DNA of 64,000 bases. Origin: Octopus vulgaris. Taxonomy: Eukaryota. Position numbers and translations under genes: made by a program. Below the pieces are notes generated by a model. It did not search any database. It was given only the letters and a program-made list of their open reading frames with translations, and was not told the DNA's origin. Of the stretch, positions 51,340-64,000 are shown piece after piece (position 1 is the first letter of the stretch; each line of letters begins with the position of its first letter). The stretch covers positions 64,294,001 through 64,358,000 of the forward strand of contig OX597819.1 in the NCBI GenBank assembly GCA_951406725.2, read 5' to 3'.

Positions 51340-51530
51340 TTTATTATTTTACCCGAGGAACCATGTTTGCGTGTTCGATCTGTGATGGAATTCCACCCCA
51401 GTCGATTTTCCCTTTCGTCCTGTCGGGACTGATATAATAAGAAATAGTCAAGAGCTAGTGCCGTTGTTATAGGTTTCCTCCTCCTCTCAAAAAACAGCAA
51501 ATTCTTTTCGAAAGGTTTGAAACTATTATT
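51340..51530 (-). mobile_element. SINE family B, highly degenerate
   Basis: ATTATTTTACCCGAGGAACC...TGGAATTCCACCCCAGTCGATTTTCC resembles the family B reverse complement. Confidence 0.4.
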
Positions 51531-51664
51531 TGTGATTCTATGATATTTTGTTTACTCGTTTCCTAAATTGGTCACAACCTGCTTCATTTATCTACACAAT
51601 CTAAGCTTTCTGCATATTTAATTTTCTATTTCTGCTCGTATTTCAAAAGATCCCAAAATCATTC

Positions 51665-51820
51665 GAGAGCCATATGCCCATAAGCCCGGTTTCCTGGATT
51701 GGGAAAATACGTACGCCAGTCCGTCACAGATTTCCTTATTTTTGCCTACTGTGTTTTTGCACAAAGAGGCTAAGGAATTGAAAACATAATCTTATGACTG
51801 TAGCCACGAAACCACAGGCC
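51665..51820 (-). mobile_element. Degenerate SINE (family C-like 3' part)
   Basis: Reverse complement TGTGACGGACTGGCGT...GGAAACCGGGCTTATGGGC. Confidence 0.45.
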
Positions 51821-52467
51821 TTAACTTTAGGGTATTTAGCATTCCTATTTTATCACAGTTTAATTTACTTACGGATTTATGACGAGTAGTTTACAAAACA
51901 TGATTGCTCTTTAGCTACCAAGTATAAAAGCAACGATATATAAGAAAACAAGTGATAATATGAACGTATCATAAGAATGGATTGATAATGTTTGTTAACA
52001 TTCATCTTCCGTTAATAAAAGTGAAATAACCAACGCAGGCCTCATATTAATCTAGCAGAGTATATTGTTGATCACTGAATAAACATAAAAATAAATATTT
52101 TCTAATTGATAAGAAGCATTCAGATATTTTTATATTATTTTCCTTTGCAAATTAACTACCATCTGGTTAGATCTAACGTGGTATATAAACCGTTTGATAT
52201 CCATCAATTTCCCAGCTGCAGTCTACACGAAATGGAATGCTCTAGGCGTTATATAAATATAAAATGCGGAAACGAATTCTCTTCTGAACTAATGTCATGC
52301 TATGTTATGCTCATGATATTTCTTGCACAAGAATCCTGACGTTCCACATCATTACCGTCGTTGTCGTTGTCGTCACTTTCGACATTAACATATTCACTAT
52401 CGGTTCATATATCACATTCAACTCTGATGCTATGCTTACATAATACGTCTCGTAAATCTAAGACGTG

Positions 52468-52806
52468 TGAAGGCACATGGCTTAGTGGTTAGAGCGTCGA
52501 GCTTACGATCGTGAGGTTGAGAGTTCGAATCACGGACCGGGCTGTGTGTTGTGTCATTGAGCAAGATACTTTCTTTCACGTTGCTCCAGTTCACTCAGCT
52601 GTAGAAATGAGTTGCGACGTCACAGATCCCAAGCTCAATTGGCCTTTGCCTATCCCTAGGATAACACTGGTGGCGTGTCGTGGGGAGGGGTGGCCGGTAT
52701 GCATGGGCGACTGCTGGTCTTCCATAAACAACCTTGCCCGGACTTTCCTGGGAGGGTAACTTTCTAGGTGCAATCCCACGGTCAGTCATGACCGAAGGGG
52801 GTCTCA
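52468..52806 (+). mobile_element. tRNA-derived CORE SINE family D
   Basis: A-box TGGCTTAGTGGTTAGAGC, B-box GAGTTCGAATC and CORE-like TGTGTCATTGAGCAAGATACTTT. Confidence 0.85.
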
Positions 52807-52887
52807 AAAAATCTTGGATGTATAAATTTGTATACGGACTCAAAACAATAACCAAAAGTCACATTATAATATAATAGGAATATTAAA

Positions 52888-52903
52888 ACTACTACTACTA
52901 CCC

Positions 52904-52949
<46 letters not shown>

Positions 52950-53020
52950 GACTACGACTACTACTACTACTACTGCTACTACTACTACCACTACTACTAC
53001 TGCAACTATTGCTGCTGCTA
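52888..53020. repeat. (CTA)n microsatellite
   Basis: Seen directly. Confidence 0.95.
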
Positions 53021-53035
53021 TACTTTTTAATCATT

Positions 53036-53252
53036 ACTCTTTTACCTGTTTCAGTCATTTGACTGCCGCCATGCTGGAGCACCGCCTTTAGTCGGGCAAA
53101 TCTATCCGAGGACTTATTCTTTGTAAGCCTAGTACTTACTATATCGATATCTTTTGCCGAACCGCTAAGTTACTGGGATGTAAACATACCACCATCGGTT
53201 GTCAATCGATGTTGGGGGAAAAACAGAGACACAGAGACACACAAACACACAG

Positions 53253-53289
<37 letters not shown>

Positions 53290-53461
53290 CATATAAACGA
53301 CGGGCTTCTTTCAGTGTCCGTCTACCAAATTCACTCACCAGGCCTTGTTCAGTCCTAGGCTATATAGAAGACACTCGCCCAAGGTTCCACGCAGTGGGAC
53401 TGAACTCGGAACCATGTGGTTGTTAAGCAAGCTACTTACCACACAGCCATTCCTTCGCCTA
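53036..53461 (-). mobile_element. SINE family A (full length)
   Basis: Head, CORE, (TG)n/(TA)n and tail GGCGGTGCTCCAGCATGGCGGCAGTCAAATGACTGAAAC. Confidence 0.92.
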
Positions 53462-53762
53462 TCACCACTACAACTAAAAGAAATCCTATACAAGAGATTT
53501 TCATGGATGTTTCAGTTAGGACAAACTGGTTATACGGTGACAAAAGGAAGTACGAAGGAAATGTGGCAAAAGGAAGTACGGAAGGCGTTATGTAGCATTA
53601 TAATTCAACAATTATATAATTTATGATGTAGCACAAATATTTACGCCTGGTAATTACAATGATAGTATAAATCCTACAATGAACATGTTATCTATTTAAG
53701 CATTTAATTCCATTGAGTGCAGTGTCTCACCCTCCGGAATAAGGATCTACAGTTTACTTACT

Positions 53763-54080
53763 GGTGCTCCGTCTTTTACGACGAGGAGTGCTTCTGTTGA
53801 TCTGATTACTGGAGCACTTTTGTGAAATTAACCTTAAAGTGACAAAGTCCGCCAAAGCCACGCGTAGCATTAACGTAGTTCTCAGTGAGATTCAGCGTGG
53901 CACAGAATATTACAAGGCTAACCCTTTGAAATTGTATAAATATAATTTTGTCCAACTTAATACACTGGAGCAATATGATATAAAGTGTTTTGCTCAAGGA
54001 CACAATGCACCATCGGGAATCGAACTCATAACAGCACGATTTGTGAGTCGAATTCCTAACCACTCCGCCACTCGCCTTCA
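53763..54080 (-). mobile_element. tRNA-derived CORE SINE (family D-related head, different 3' body)
   Basis: Reverse complement TGGCGGAGTGGTTAGG..GAGTTCGATTCC..TGTGTCCTTGAGCAAAACACTTT. Confidence 0.8.
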
Positions 54081-55053
54081 GAAATTATGTCGTTAAATTT
54101 TCATCACATTACAATAAATAGAAGCTCCCTACAGAGTGAGAGTACAGCAGGAACTATCATCAGAGAACTCCCAACAAGCTAGAGATTTGGTCCCTAGTTC
54201 GTCATATTCTATGGCGTCGGACCTGCATAAGTCATGACTGGTATGTGTCATCTTGCTCCTTTTAAAATGACACCTTTACTTGGATTGAACTCAGAACTTT
54301 TGGGTGACTAAATTTCCCTGAGCTGTGCGTATAACGCTCGGCTTCGAAGAGCACAAGCTTGTATTTAGATGTCTTGAGTTACTGTCGTATGTTCACATAT
54401 AACATTTCATACATACTGCCTGTAATGTTTTATTAATATCCGATTGTTTTATATTTCCCGACTCGTAATCCATCTCGAAATTCGTTGTGTATTTCATACA
54501 TATGTTCTGTTAATTCCTTGTTTGTATTCACGAATGTGAATGAATTCAATTTCATTTTCTCCACAATATTTAGTTATATTACATTGTCTCCAACACTGTT
54601 TCCAATACACTAAGTGAATTTTCATTCGTCAATCGTGGAAACCCTCCCAAGTTGTTTTTTCAATTGGGCAATACCTCACACGTGACGTTGCCAATGTGGA
54701 CATAGTATACAACTCCCAAGCGCCACTTTGTTGGTTTACCGCTGACCGACATTCGACGCGTTGACAGATATTTTTCACGTCTATGAATTTGAAGTGAATG
54801 AGCGATACATATTTAAATGTAATTTTTTCCCCAATATATTTGAAACCTTGAAAAGTAAAGAAAAGTCGATAGATCTATTGCTACAATTGACTCAGTTATT
54901 GCAACATGGAATGCACTTTTGTAAACGACTTTTATATATCGCAGTAAAACATATGTATTGCCTAATACGATTTGTGTGTGTGTGTGTGTTTGTATTAATT
55001 GATATATACATATGCCTATATATGTATTATATGTTATATATGTACACAATATA

Positions 55054-56020
<967 letters not shown>

Positions 56021-57058
56021 TTTGTATTTTGGCATATCCTCTCTCTACTACAAATTTGGAGAAAACATTACTTTATAAACCCTCGGGTACTCCTAACTGT
56101 ACTTCGAACACTGCAACGAATTTATTATGATCGGCTGTTTTCAATTGATTTGCTGAAATTCAATAGAACTATATATTTGCTGATTTTAGGATACATTTTT
56201 TTTATATTCCATTTTATATATTCAAATTACTTCATGAATTTTCCTTTATTATTTAGTCTTTGTATTATTAAACTTCACTTCCAAAGCCACTATAATCCCC
56301 AGATTGAAATTAAAAGAAATATTCTACAGATGTTATCTTACATCAACCACCACCAAGTTTTCGGTTTGTTAAATCATTTGGAGATATAGGCATGGAGATT
56401 ATTTTGCTGGCCATCCGTTCACTGAAAATAAGTTTAATTTTTCACCCTATGGCTTTCCAGCTTGCTTTCAATCACAAGATTTCTGGTCTTTACAAAAGAG
56501 ATGTCCCTCAATATTACATATTATTGCTACAAAATTATCACAAAACTTTTACAATTTATACGTCCGGCATATTTACATTAGCAGACAAGATAGGAATGCT
56601 TATAAAAATCATAAAACCTCATCTACATGCTAGAGAATCCCTGCGGGTGTATTTTCATAAACATAAAATTCGGGAGGCCAAGAGCTGAAAACGTTAATAT
56701 AAACTCTTTGACATTTTTGTTTGCTTTCTCTTTTCTTTTTGTTAAACATTTATTTTTCAACTGTATAATGCTGTTTCTTACTTTTTCAAATGTTTTCACA
56801 CGCCATTGGTTTCCAACCTAATTTGTCTACTGTGAATTGGAGTATACAATGTTACAGTGTGTTAAACACATACGTTCGAAAGAAAGCTATCACACAGTCA
56901 AACGTACAGTAATATATGTTTCTTTGCTATGGAATAATACGTAGGAGACATTCCCTCAGTTGTCTTTCGTGAAAAGTGGCTAAAATAATGGAAGAGAATA
57001 TCACGTGATAACTAATATTGCCATTTACATATATCCATAGATACACATATGTATGTAC

Positions 57059-57106
<48 letters not shown>

Positions 57107-57160
57107 GTATATACGTACGTTAAATATGTCGATTTTATATTCAGACTTATACATACATGC

Positions 57161-57216
<56 letters not shown>

Positions 57217-57520
57217 ATGTGTGTGCATATATGTATATATGTTACATATTTATGTATGCATTTATATTAAAACCTGAATGCTTGCATAATTTAAACACCT
57301 CATATATCTCTTTCGAGACAAGCTTTGCACTCAGTGGTTTGCTGGTTTACACACGTCTTTTCCTACGCATGTACCATATATACCTACATTTGCATAAGTT
57401 TCCTTTCTTTTATAGTCAGTCAATTTAAGCCTACCTTTAATATTTGGCTAGCTTCCCCTAGATTCACTCAGTTTCAACTGATTTCCTTGAGTGGAGAGAG
57501 AGGGAGAGAGCGAGAGTGCA

Positions 57521-57582
<62 letters not shown>

Positions 57583-58297
57583 AGAGAAAGAGATAGAGAG
57601 TGACAGAAAGAGAGAAGGAGGAGAGTTGTAGCAGCTATTGAGTTCGTTAGATTCCTATCACTCACCTATATGAATATCGCTTACTCACACATTTACAATC
57701 AAATATACACACATGTATATATATAAATCATGAAAATTGTCATTTGAAAATATTTCGACCTTGCTCAACAATAACATGTTTACTTCTGTTGATTATATTG
57801 TAAGCAACCATAGATAGTTTACGGAAAGGACTAAAAAATACATTCAGATTAGCCCGAACCTAAGGAAATGAGAGGAAAAAAATTGTTACTCAAATTTCCG
57901 TATGATATTCTTTGTTGTAATATTTACACCGATTCTCTAATTGTCTTTGCGATGATATTCCTTCCAATGACTGATCAATTACATGCCAGGCGATAATCTT
58001 CGGACAGCACCAACTAGTCATATCAAAGAATATATATATTTAAATTTTTTGGACAAAAGGGTATATGTCGATTAATGTGTTGATGTGTTGAGTAGAGCAC
58101 TGGAACAGTTTGAGCTACAAGGGTCATCTGCAGTCGGGGTAAACTTCTGTTGGATCTACTGCAGGAATTCTGCTGTCTTAGTTGAGATTGTAATAATAAA
58201 TACTTCTCGTACGTGTATGTTTATTTCTGTGATACCTTTCTTCGAACGTATGTGTTTAACACACTGTAACATTGACTACGCCAACAACCCTACCTAA

Positions 58298-58507
58298 ATG
58301 TTTCTGCACACATTTGAATGCCTTGTATGCAAGAAGGTGTGCAAATCCAAAGGAGGCCTCAAAAGACATGCCAAGATCCACAAAGAGCAGAAATAATCCG
58401 CAGGTCTTCTTGGTCCGAATCATAGGTGCAATCTATGTGAGTGTCTTTTCATAACATTGTCTGGTTTAAAAAGTCACATCAAGCGCCATGATGGTGCAAA
58501 GGTTTAG
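58298..58507 (+). pseudogene. Two C2H2 zinc fingers with an internal stop, probably the 3' end of an RTE-like LINE ORF
   Basis: FECLVCKKVCKSKGGLKRHAKIH...* ...HRCNLCECLFITLSGLKSHIKRH. It lacks the TGEKP linker, and GLxSH fingers are typical of RTE C-termini. Confidence 0.7.
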
Positions 58508-58813
58508 GTACATTATAACAACTAAAAAATAATTTTAAAGTATGATTTCAGATTTAAATAAATTTTAATGAATTCAAGGGTGTCTATTTACTTCTTATAT
58601 ATATATACAAATGTATATATACACACACATAAGTGTCTGTGTGTGTGTGTGTGTGTGGTGAGTGTTCCGTGTATTATTTCATAACAGTATGGATCGGCTT
58701 CATGAAAAGTTTCGTGGTATAGGCCGAAAACAACATTGTAAGCAAATATACTCACATACATACATACTATCTCTCTTCCTCACACACAGACACACAGACA
58801 CAGACACACAGAC

Positions 58814-58916
<103 letters not shown>

Positions 58917-59146
58917 AAAAATTGTGAAGCATGACTGTCAACACTACTACATGAACCCGAAGATTGCAGAATTCAATGCATGAAATACTAGTTCAATCAG
59001 AATGAATATTTAACATTCTACTATTTATTTTATTTTATTCAATTATAATATATTATCTTATAATATATCATTATAAGATTGTAAATAAAACGTGAAAATC
59101 AGACAAGGTTGAATTCTTTTTATTAATATATTCTTCTATACACAAT

Positions 59147-59209
<63 letters not shown>

Positions 59210-59511
59210 CTGCACATAGCTGATTATCGTATTTGAGCCCAAATAATACTTCGTGCATATGTGGTACAGATCTGAATTCGCGAATGATACATATTAACAA
59301 TACTGTATTGAATTATATGAAATATCAAATATTAATGCTTTCGCAACATGCACACAAAACTGACAGACTTACAGACAATGCTATTCAAAATGCGTGTGCT
59401 TGCCTGCGTATTTGTATATGGCAATTAATCTATGCTTACCTGTAGACGCATATGTATATGCATTCACAACATGCACTCACACATACACAAACGCACACGC
59501 ACACACATACA

Positions 59512-59576
<65 letters not shown>

Positions 59577-59654
59577 TCATAATTCTATTGAGTGATATAT
59601 GTAAATATATACACACATATATAAATACATATGCATGCATACATACATATTATT

Positions 59655-59990
<336 letters not shown>

Positions 59991-60457
59991 AATATAGGTG
60001 TGTTTGAATATATATGTGGATAGAAATTATACATATATTACATAAATAACCGAGTTATTCTTGAAGCACATAGATGAAATAAATATCCATTGATGAAATG
60101 CATGAATTCCGATATACTAGAAAATAAATTCCCTACATACTTCTTTATTTGAAGAAGCATGAAAATGCGAGTGGAGGATCTTATACAATATGGTCTGCTA
60201 TACAATACTTTCGGCTCATTTCTATCGCAAGTCAAATAAACCTAGTTACTCTGAATAGAAGTTTGTTGGGATATATTATGTTTGCGAACCTACGTAATAC
60301 AATGATGCAAAGATATCAAAGCGTATATCTATATGCATTCTCGAAATATCCCGAAATACCTACTTAATCCGATTAAATGAAAGTAAATATCGAAACAACG
60401 TTATTAAATGTTATTAACTCCAATGAAGTAAAGGGAATAGCGTATATGCTACATTGT

Positions 60458-60480
60458 TAATAATAATAATAATAATAATG

Positions 60481-60562
<82 letters not shown>

Positions 60563-60608
60563 TAATAATAATAATAAAAATGATGATGATGATGATGATG
60601 ATGATAAT
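60458..60608. repeat. (AAT)n/(GAT)n microsatellite
   Basis: Seen directly. Confidence 0.96.
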
Positions 60609-60636
60609 AAATATGAAAATGAACATCTTTATCTAT

Positions 60637-60679
<43 letters not shown>

Positions 60680-61914
60680 AATGTGTGGGTGTATCATATA
60701 TATATATACAAATAGTTATATATATTATATACACATGTATGATACCAAATATATGTATATATATATATACATGTATATATGTATTATATATGTATATATA
60801 TATACATATATATGTATATATGTATAATATATATATATGTGCATGTATATACATATATTTATGCAATATGCATACACACACATATATACACGCACTCACG
60901 CTCACAGTTATTTGTATCTATCTATCTATCTATCTATCTATCTCTATATATATATATTGTTACATGCATATATAATAGAACACTCGGACACTCTTGCACA
61001 GACCCTCGCATATACAAGATATGCATTTGTATGTTTGTGTGTGCGTATGCATGTGTGTTTATGTGTGTGTGTGTGTGTGTATGTGTGCGCGCTTGTGTGT
61101 GTGTGTGAGCTTTGTGTGTTTATCATATGCTTGTGTTTCAAAAATAAGATTCGGACAATCCATTGACCATTGAGAGATTTTCATCTTTCTTTTGTAAATC
61201 AAACAAAAACTAAACAGAAATCTCTTGAAGAAACATAATCTTTCCTTCTTAAATCTATAAACAATATACTTCTTTTTTCGTATATCTTCGACGTCTTGAT
61301 GCTAAAGTTTATTTGTGGTATATTTTACATGTTCTTCCATATATGCACTTAAATACATCGTAGACGCTGCATAAGTTTCGGAATATAGAACAGAAAACTT
61401 TAAAAATGTTAGTGTTGAAGACAAATTTTACATCAAAGCCATGACTGGGTTATGTTGAGGTTCGCTTCTCAACAGCTTCGGTTCGTCTTTCCTCACACTC
61501 TGTGACATATTATGGTAATACATTGAAGTAGAATCTCAGGCTTTCCAATAGAAATCATTTTGCAGATCGCAAACTGCCAATGAGTTACAGGTTATGTGTA
61601 GTCAGGTAAATGTATTTATATATAGTGTTCGCGTGGCGGTTTGTGATTTAAAGATAATTTTTTTCAAAAATATATCTGTTCTGAAATAATTTGTGTCTCA
61701 TATAAAGCCATATGAAATTACGTCATACACTGCTAAATCAAAACAGATCTAGATTAATGAAGAACAAAACGGCAGACATTATCTAGTAATATAAAATAAA
61801 ATTTCGTTAGGTTTGAAAACTTGTAGAAGAGATAACGAATATGATGGACGTACTATACATTACAAATCTATCCCATTACGATAGAAAATAAAGTAATATA
61901 CTCTCTACTATTTC

Positions 61915-62374
61915 TTTACTCTTATACTTGTTTCAGTCATTTGACTACGGCCATACTGGTGCACAGCCTTTAGTCGAGCAAATCGCCCCCAGGTCTTATT
62001 CTTTGTAAGCCTAGTACTTATTCTATCGCTCACTTTTGCCGAACCGCAAAGTTACAGGAATGGAAACACACCAGCATCGGTTGTCAAGCGATGTTTGAGG
62101 GGGGACAAGCAGACACACGCACACAAACACACACACACACACACACATACACACACACACACAGACACACACACACACATATATATATATATATTCATAT
62201 ACATATATACGACGGGATTCGTTTCAGTTTCCGTCTATCAAATCCACTCACGAGTCTTTGATCGGCCCGAGGCTACAGTAGAAGACACTTGCCTGAGGTA
62301 CCACGCAGTGGGATTGAAACCGGAAACATGTGGTTGGTAAGCAAGCAACTTACCACACAGCCATTCCTGCGCCT
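61915..62374 (-). mobile_element. SINE family A (full length)
   Basis: Reverse complement GGCGCAGGAATGGCTGTGTGGTAAG...(TA/TG)n...GTAGTCAAATGACTGAAACAAG. Confidence 0.92.
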
Positions 62375-62765
62375 ATAAACATTAAAAAAGTATGGATCAC
62401 TGTCTCAGCGAGGTTACGATATACAAATACATACAATGATGAAAATATGTTGCTAACATGGTAATATGTAACGTTTAGCACAGTTAAGTACACAACGTAT
62501 TTTGAAGCTTGAGGTTGCAAATAGATGTACGAATATTACTGGTAAGTTCAGAGTTCTACGAAGATTATCTTATCCCAGCCTACTCGCAGTATTGCGTCTG
62601 AATTATTTCTATAGTAAGTGGTATTAATATTTATGAAATGCAGAGCAGATACAGAAAAAAAAATTAAGAAAAACACAGGTTTTATTGATAGTTCCTACGT
62701 CCGTTTTAACATTTTGGTTGCTTAGAACGCTGCATTGGACACTAATTCACTTTACATTAATGTAG

Positions 62766-62890
62766 TAAGGTATTCCCTGATGATCTACAATGATTAAGCA
62801 CCCAAATGTCCTTGGGATACTCAAAACAGGTGTGAAAACAACGATAATGGTGAAATGTAGTAGAAACAACTTATATAGAATGGTGCTTAT
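62766..62890 (+). ncRNA. Degenerate type I hammerhead-like motif with an extended stem II loop
   Basis: TAAGGTATTCC-CTGATGA-T-CTACA...TGTAG-TA-GAAA-CAA-C-TTA-TA-TAGAATGGTGCTTA. Stem III is near-palindromic with a 1-nt loop; stem I is partial. Confidence 0.5.
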
Positions 62891-63173
62891 CTCTCCAATT
62901 TATGTATACATGCATGTATGTATATATGTATGTATGTACGTACGTATATTTGTATGTATGTATGTCTGTATGTATGTATGCATGTATGTATGTATGTATG
63001 TATGTATGCATGTATGTGCGTATATTTGTATGTATGTATACCCCTATATATATATATCGTCACATATGTATAAGGATAATACTGTATACCTATCAATCTT
63101 TCATACACCTCTCTCATTCTCTATATAAGTGTATGTATGTGTGTATAGATACAAATATACCTACATATATGAA

Positions 63174-63212
<39 letters not shown>

Positions 63213-63246
63213 GTATATATATAACTATATATATTTATATCTATAG

Positions 63247-63302
<56 letters not shown>

Positions 63303-63955
63303 ACTGTGAATGTATTTAATTTACATATGTGCATAAATACATCCGCACATATGTTTTACTCGTTTAACAATTGTAATTCTACTAAAAAAGAAAATTAAAA
63401 ATTAAAAAAAATTACATTTCTTTTAAGAATGCGTTTACTCAATTTACATTACGTGAATAGCATTGTTTAGTCCAAAACACATTCTAAAACACTTTAAATT
63501 AGACAAACATTCAACACAATCGATCAGAACCCAACTGCCATGATTCTTTTTTTTTTTATTAATATTATTTTTCTTTAATGATTTGTATGTAATATATATT
63601 TTCTTTACTTTCTATCTGTAATTTCTTATTTTAGTTTTTTTCTACCTAATTTTATTTGGGTGGGTTCTTCAGATTTCCTACATTTTCAATGTACACATGT
63701 ACATATGGCTACTCTTCGAGTTACCATGTATTTTACTAATGAGGCATTTTACTCTTAAACGTTCATCGAAAACATTTTCAACTAGCAGCAAACTCTCGGT
63801 AAACTTTTTTTTGTCAACGTTTTAATTTTTGTCGTCGTGTTGTGTATAGTTTTCTTTTCATTCACGCACTTTACAATTCTCCCTTAGCCTATTATACTCT
63901 TCAATTTTTTCTTTCTCTCATTGTTATATATATATATACACATATATATGTATAC

Positions 63956-63991
<36 letters not shown>

Positions 63992-64000
63992 TCACATATA

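Noticed and set aside
52468-52545. tRNA gene-like sequence (also 36451, 28937, 54000-54080)
   Set aside because: These are A/B-box heads that run into SINE bodies and lack a proper acceptor stem.
56392-56688. 98-aa ORF
   Set aside because: No recognisable motif; probably decayed LINE sequence or chance.

Overview
AT-rich, microsatellite-saturated eukaryotic DNA. I recognised no host protein-coding gene, tRNA, rRNA or CRISPR array, and almost all listed ORFs are translations of simple repeats. The SINE families resemble those of octopus genomes; this taxon call is an inference from repeat content. Retroelements: a near-full-length but mutated CR1-clade LINE (38411-42150, minus; CCCH-finger ORF1, APE+RT ORF2), three shorter CR1 3' fragments, an RTE-like double C2H2 finger remnant and at least four tRNA-derived SINE families. 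DNA elements: Tc1 (IR/DR type), mariner and maT-like relics, MITEs, a RepHel-bearing Helitron relic and a head-to-tail Helitron dimer. The most striking unexplained signal is a dense set of hammerhead-ribozyme-like motifs in non-coding, terminally redundant or inverted repeats of Penelope/retrozyme type. One ~800-bp family, present at two loci with different permutation points, carries a NON-circularly permuted (pseudoknotted) hammerhead supported by compensatory base changes between the copies. All pairings were made by eye, and every genomic copy carries at least one core deviation.
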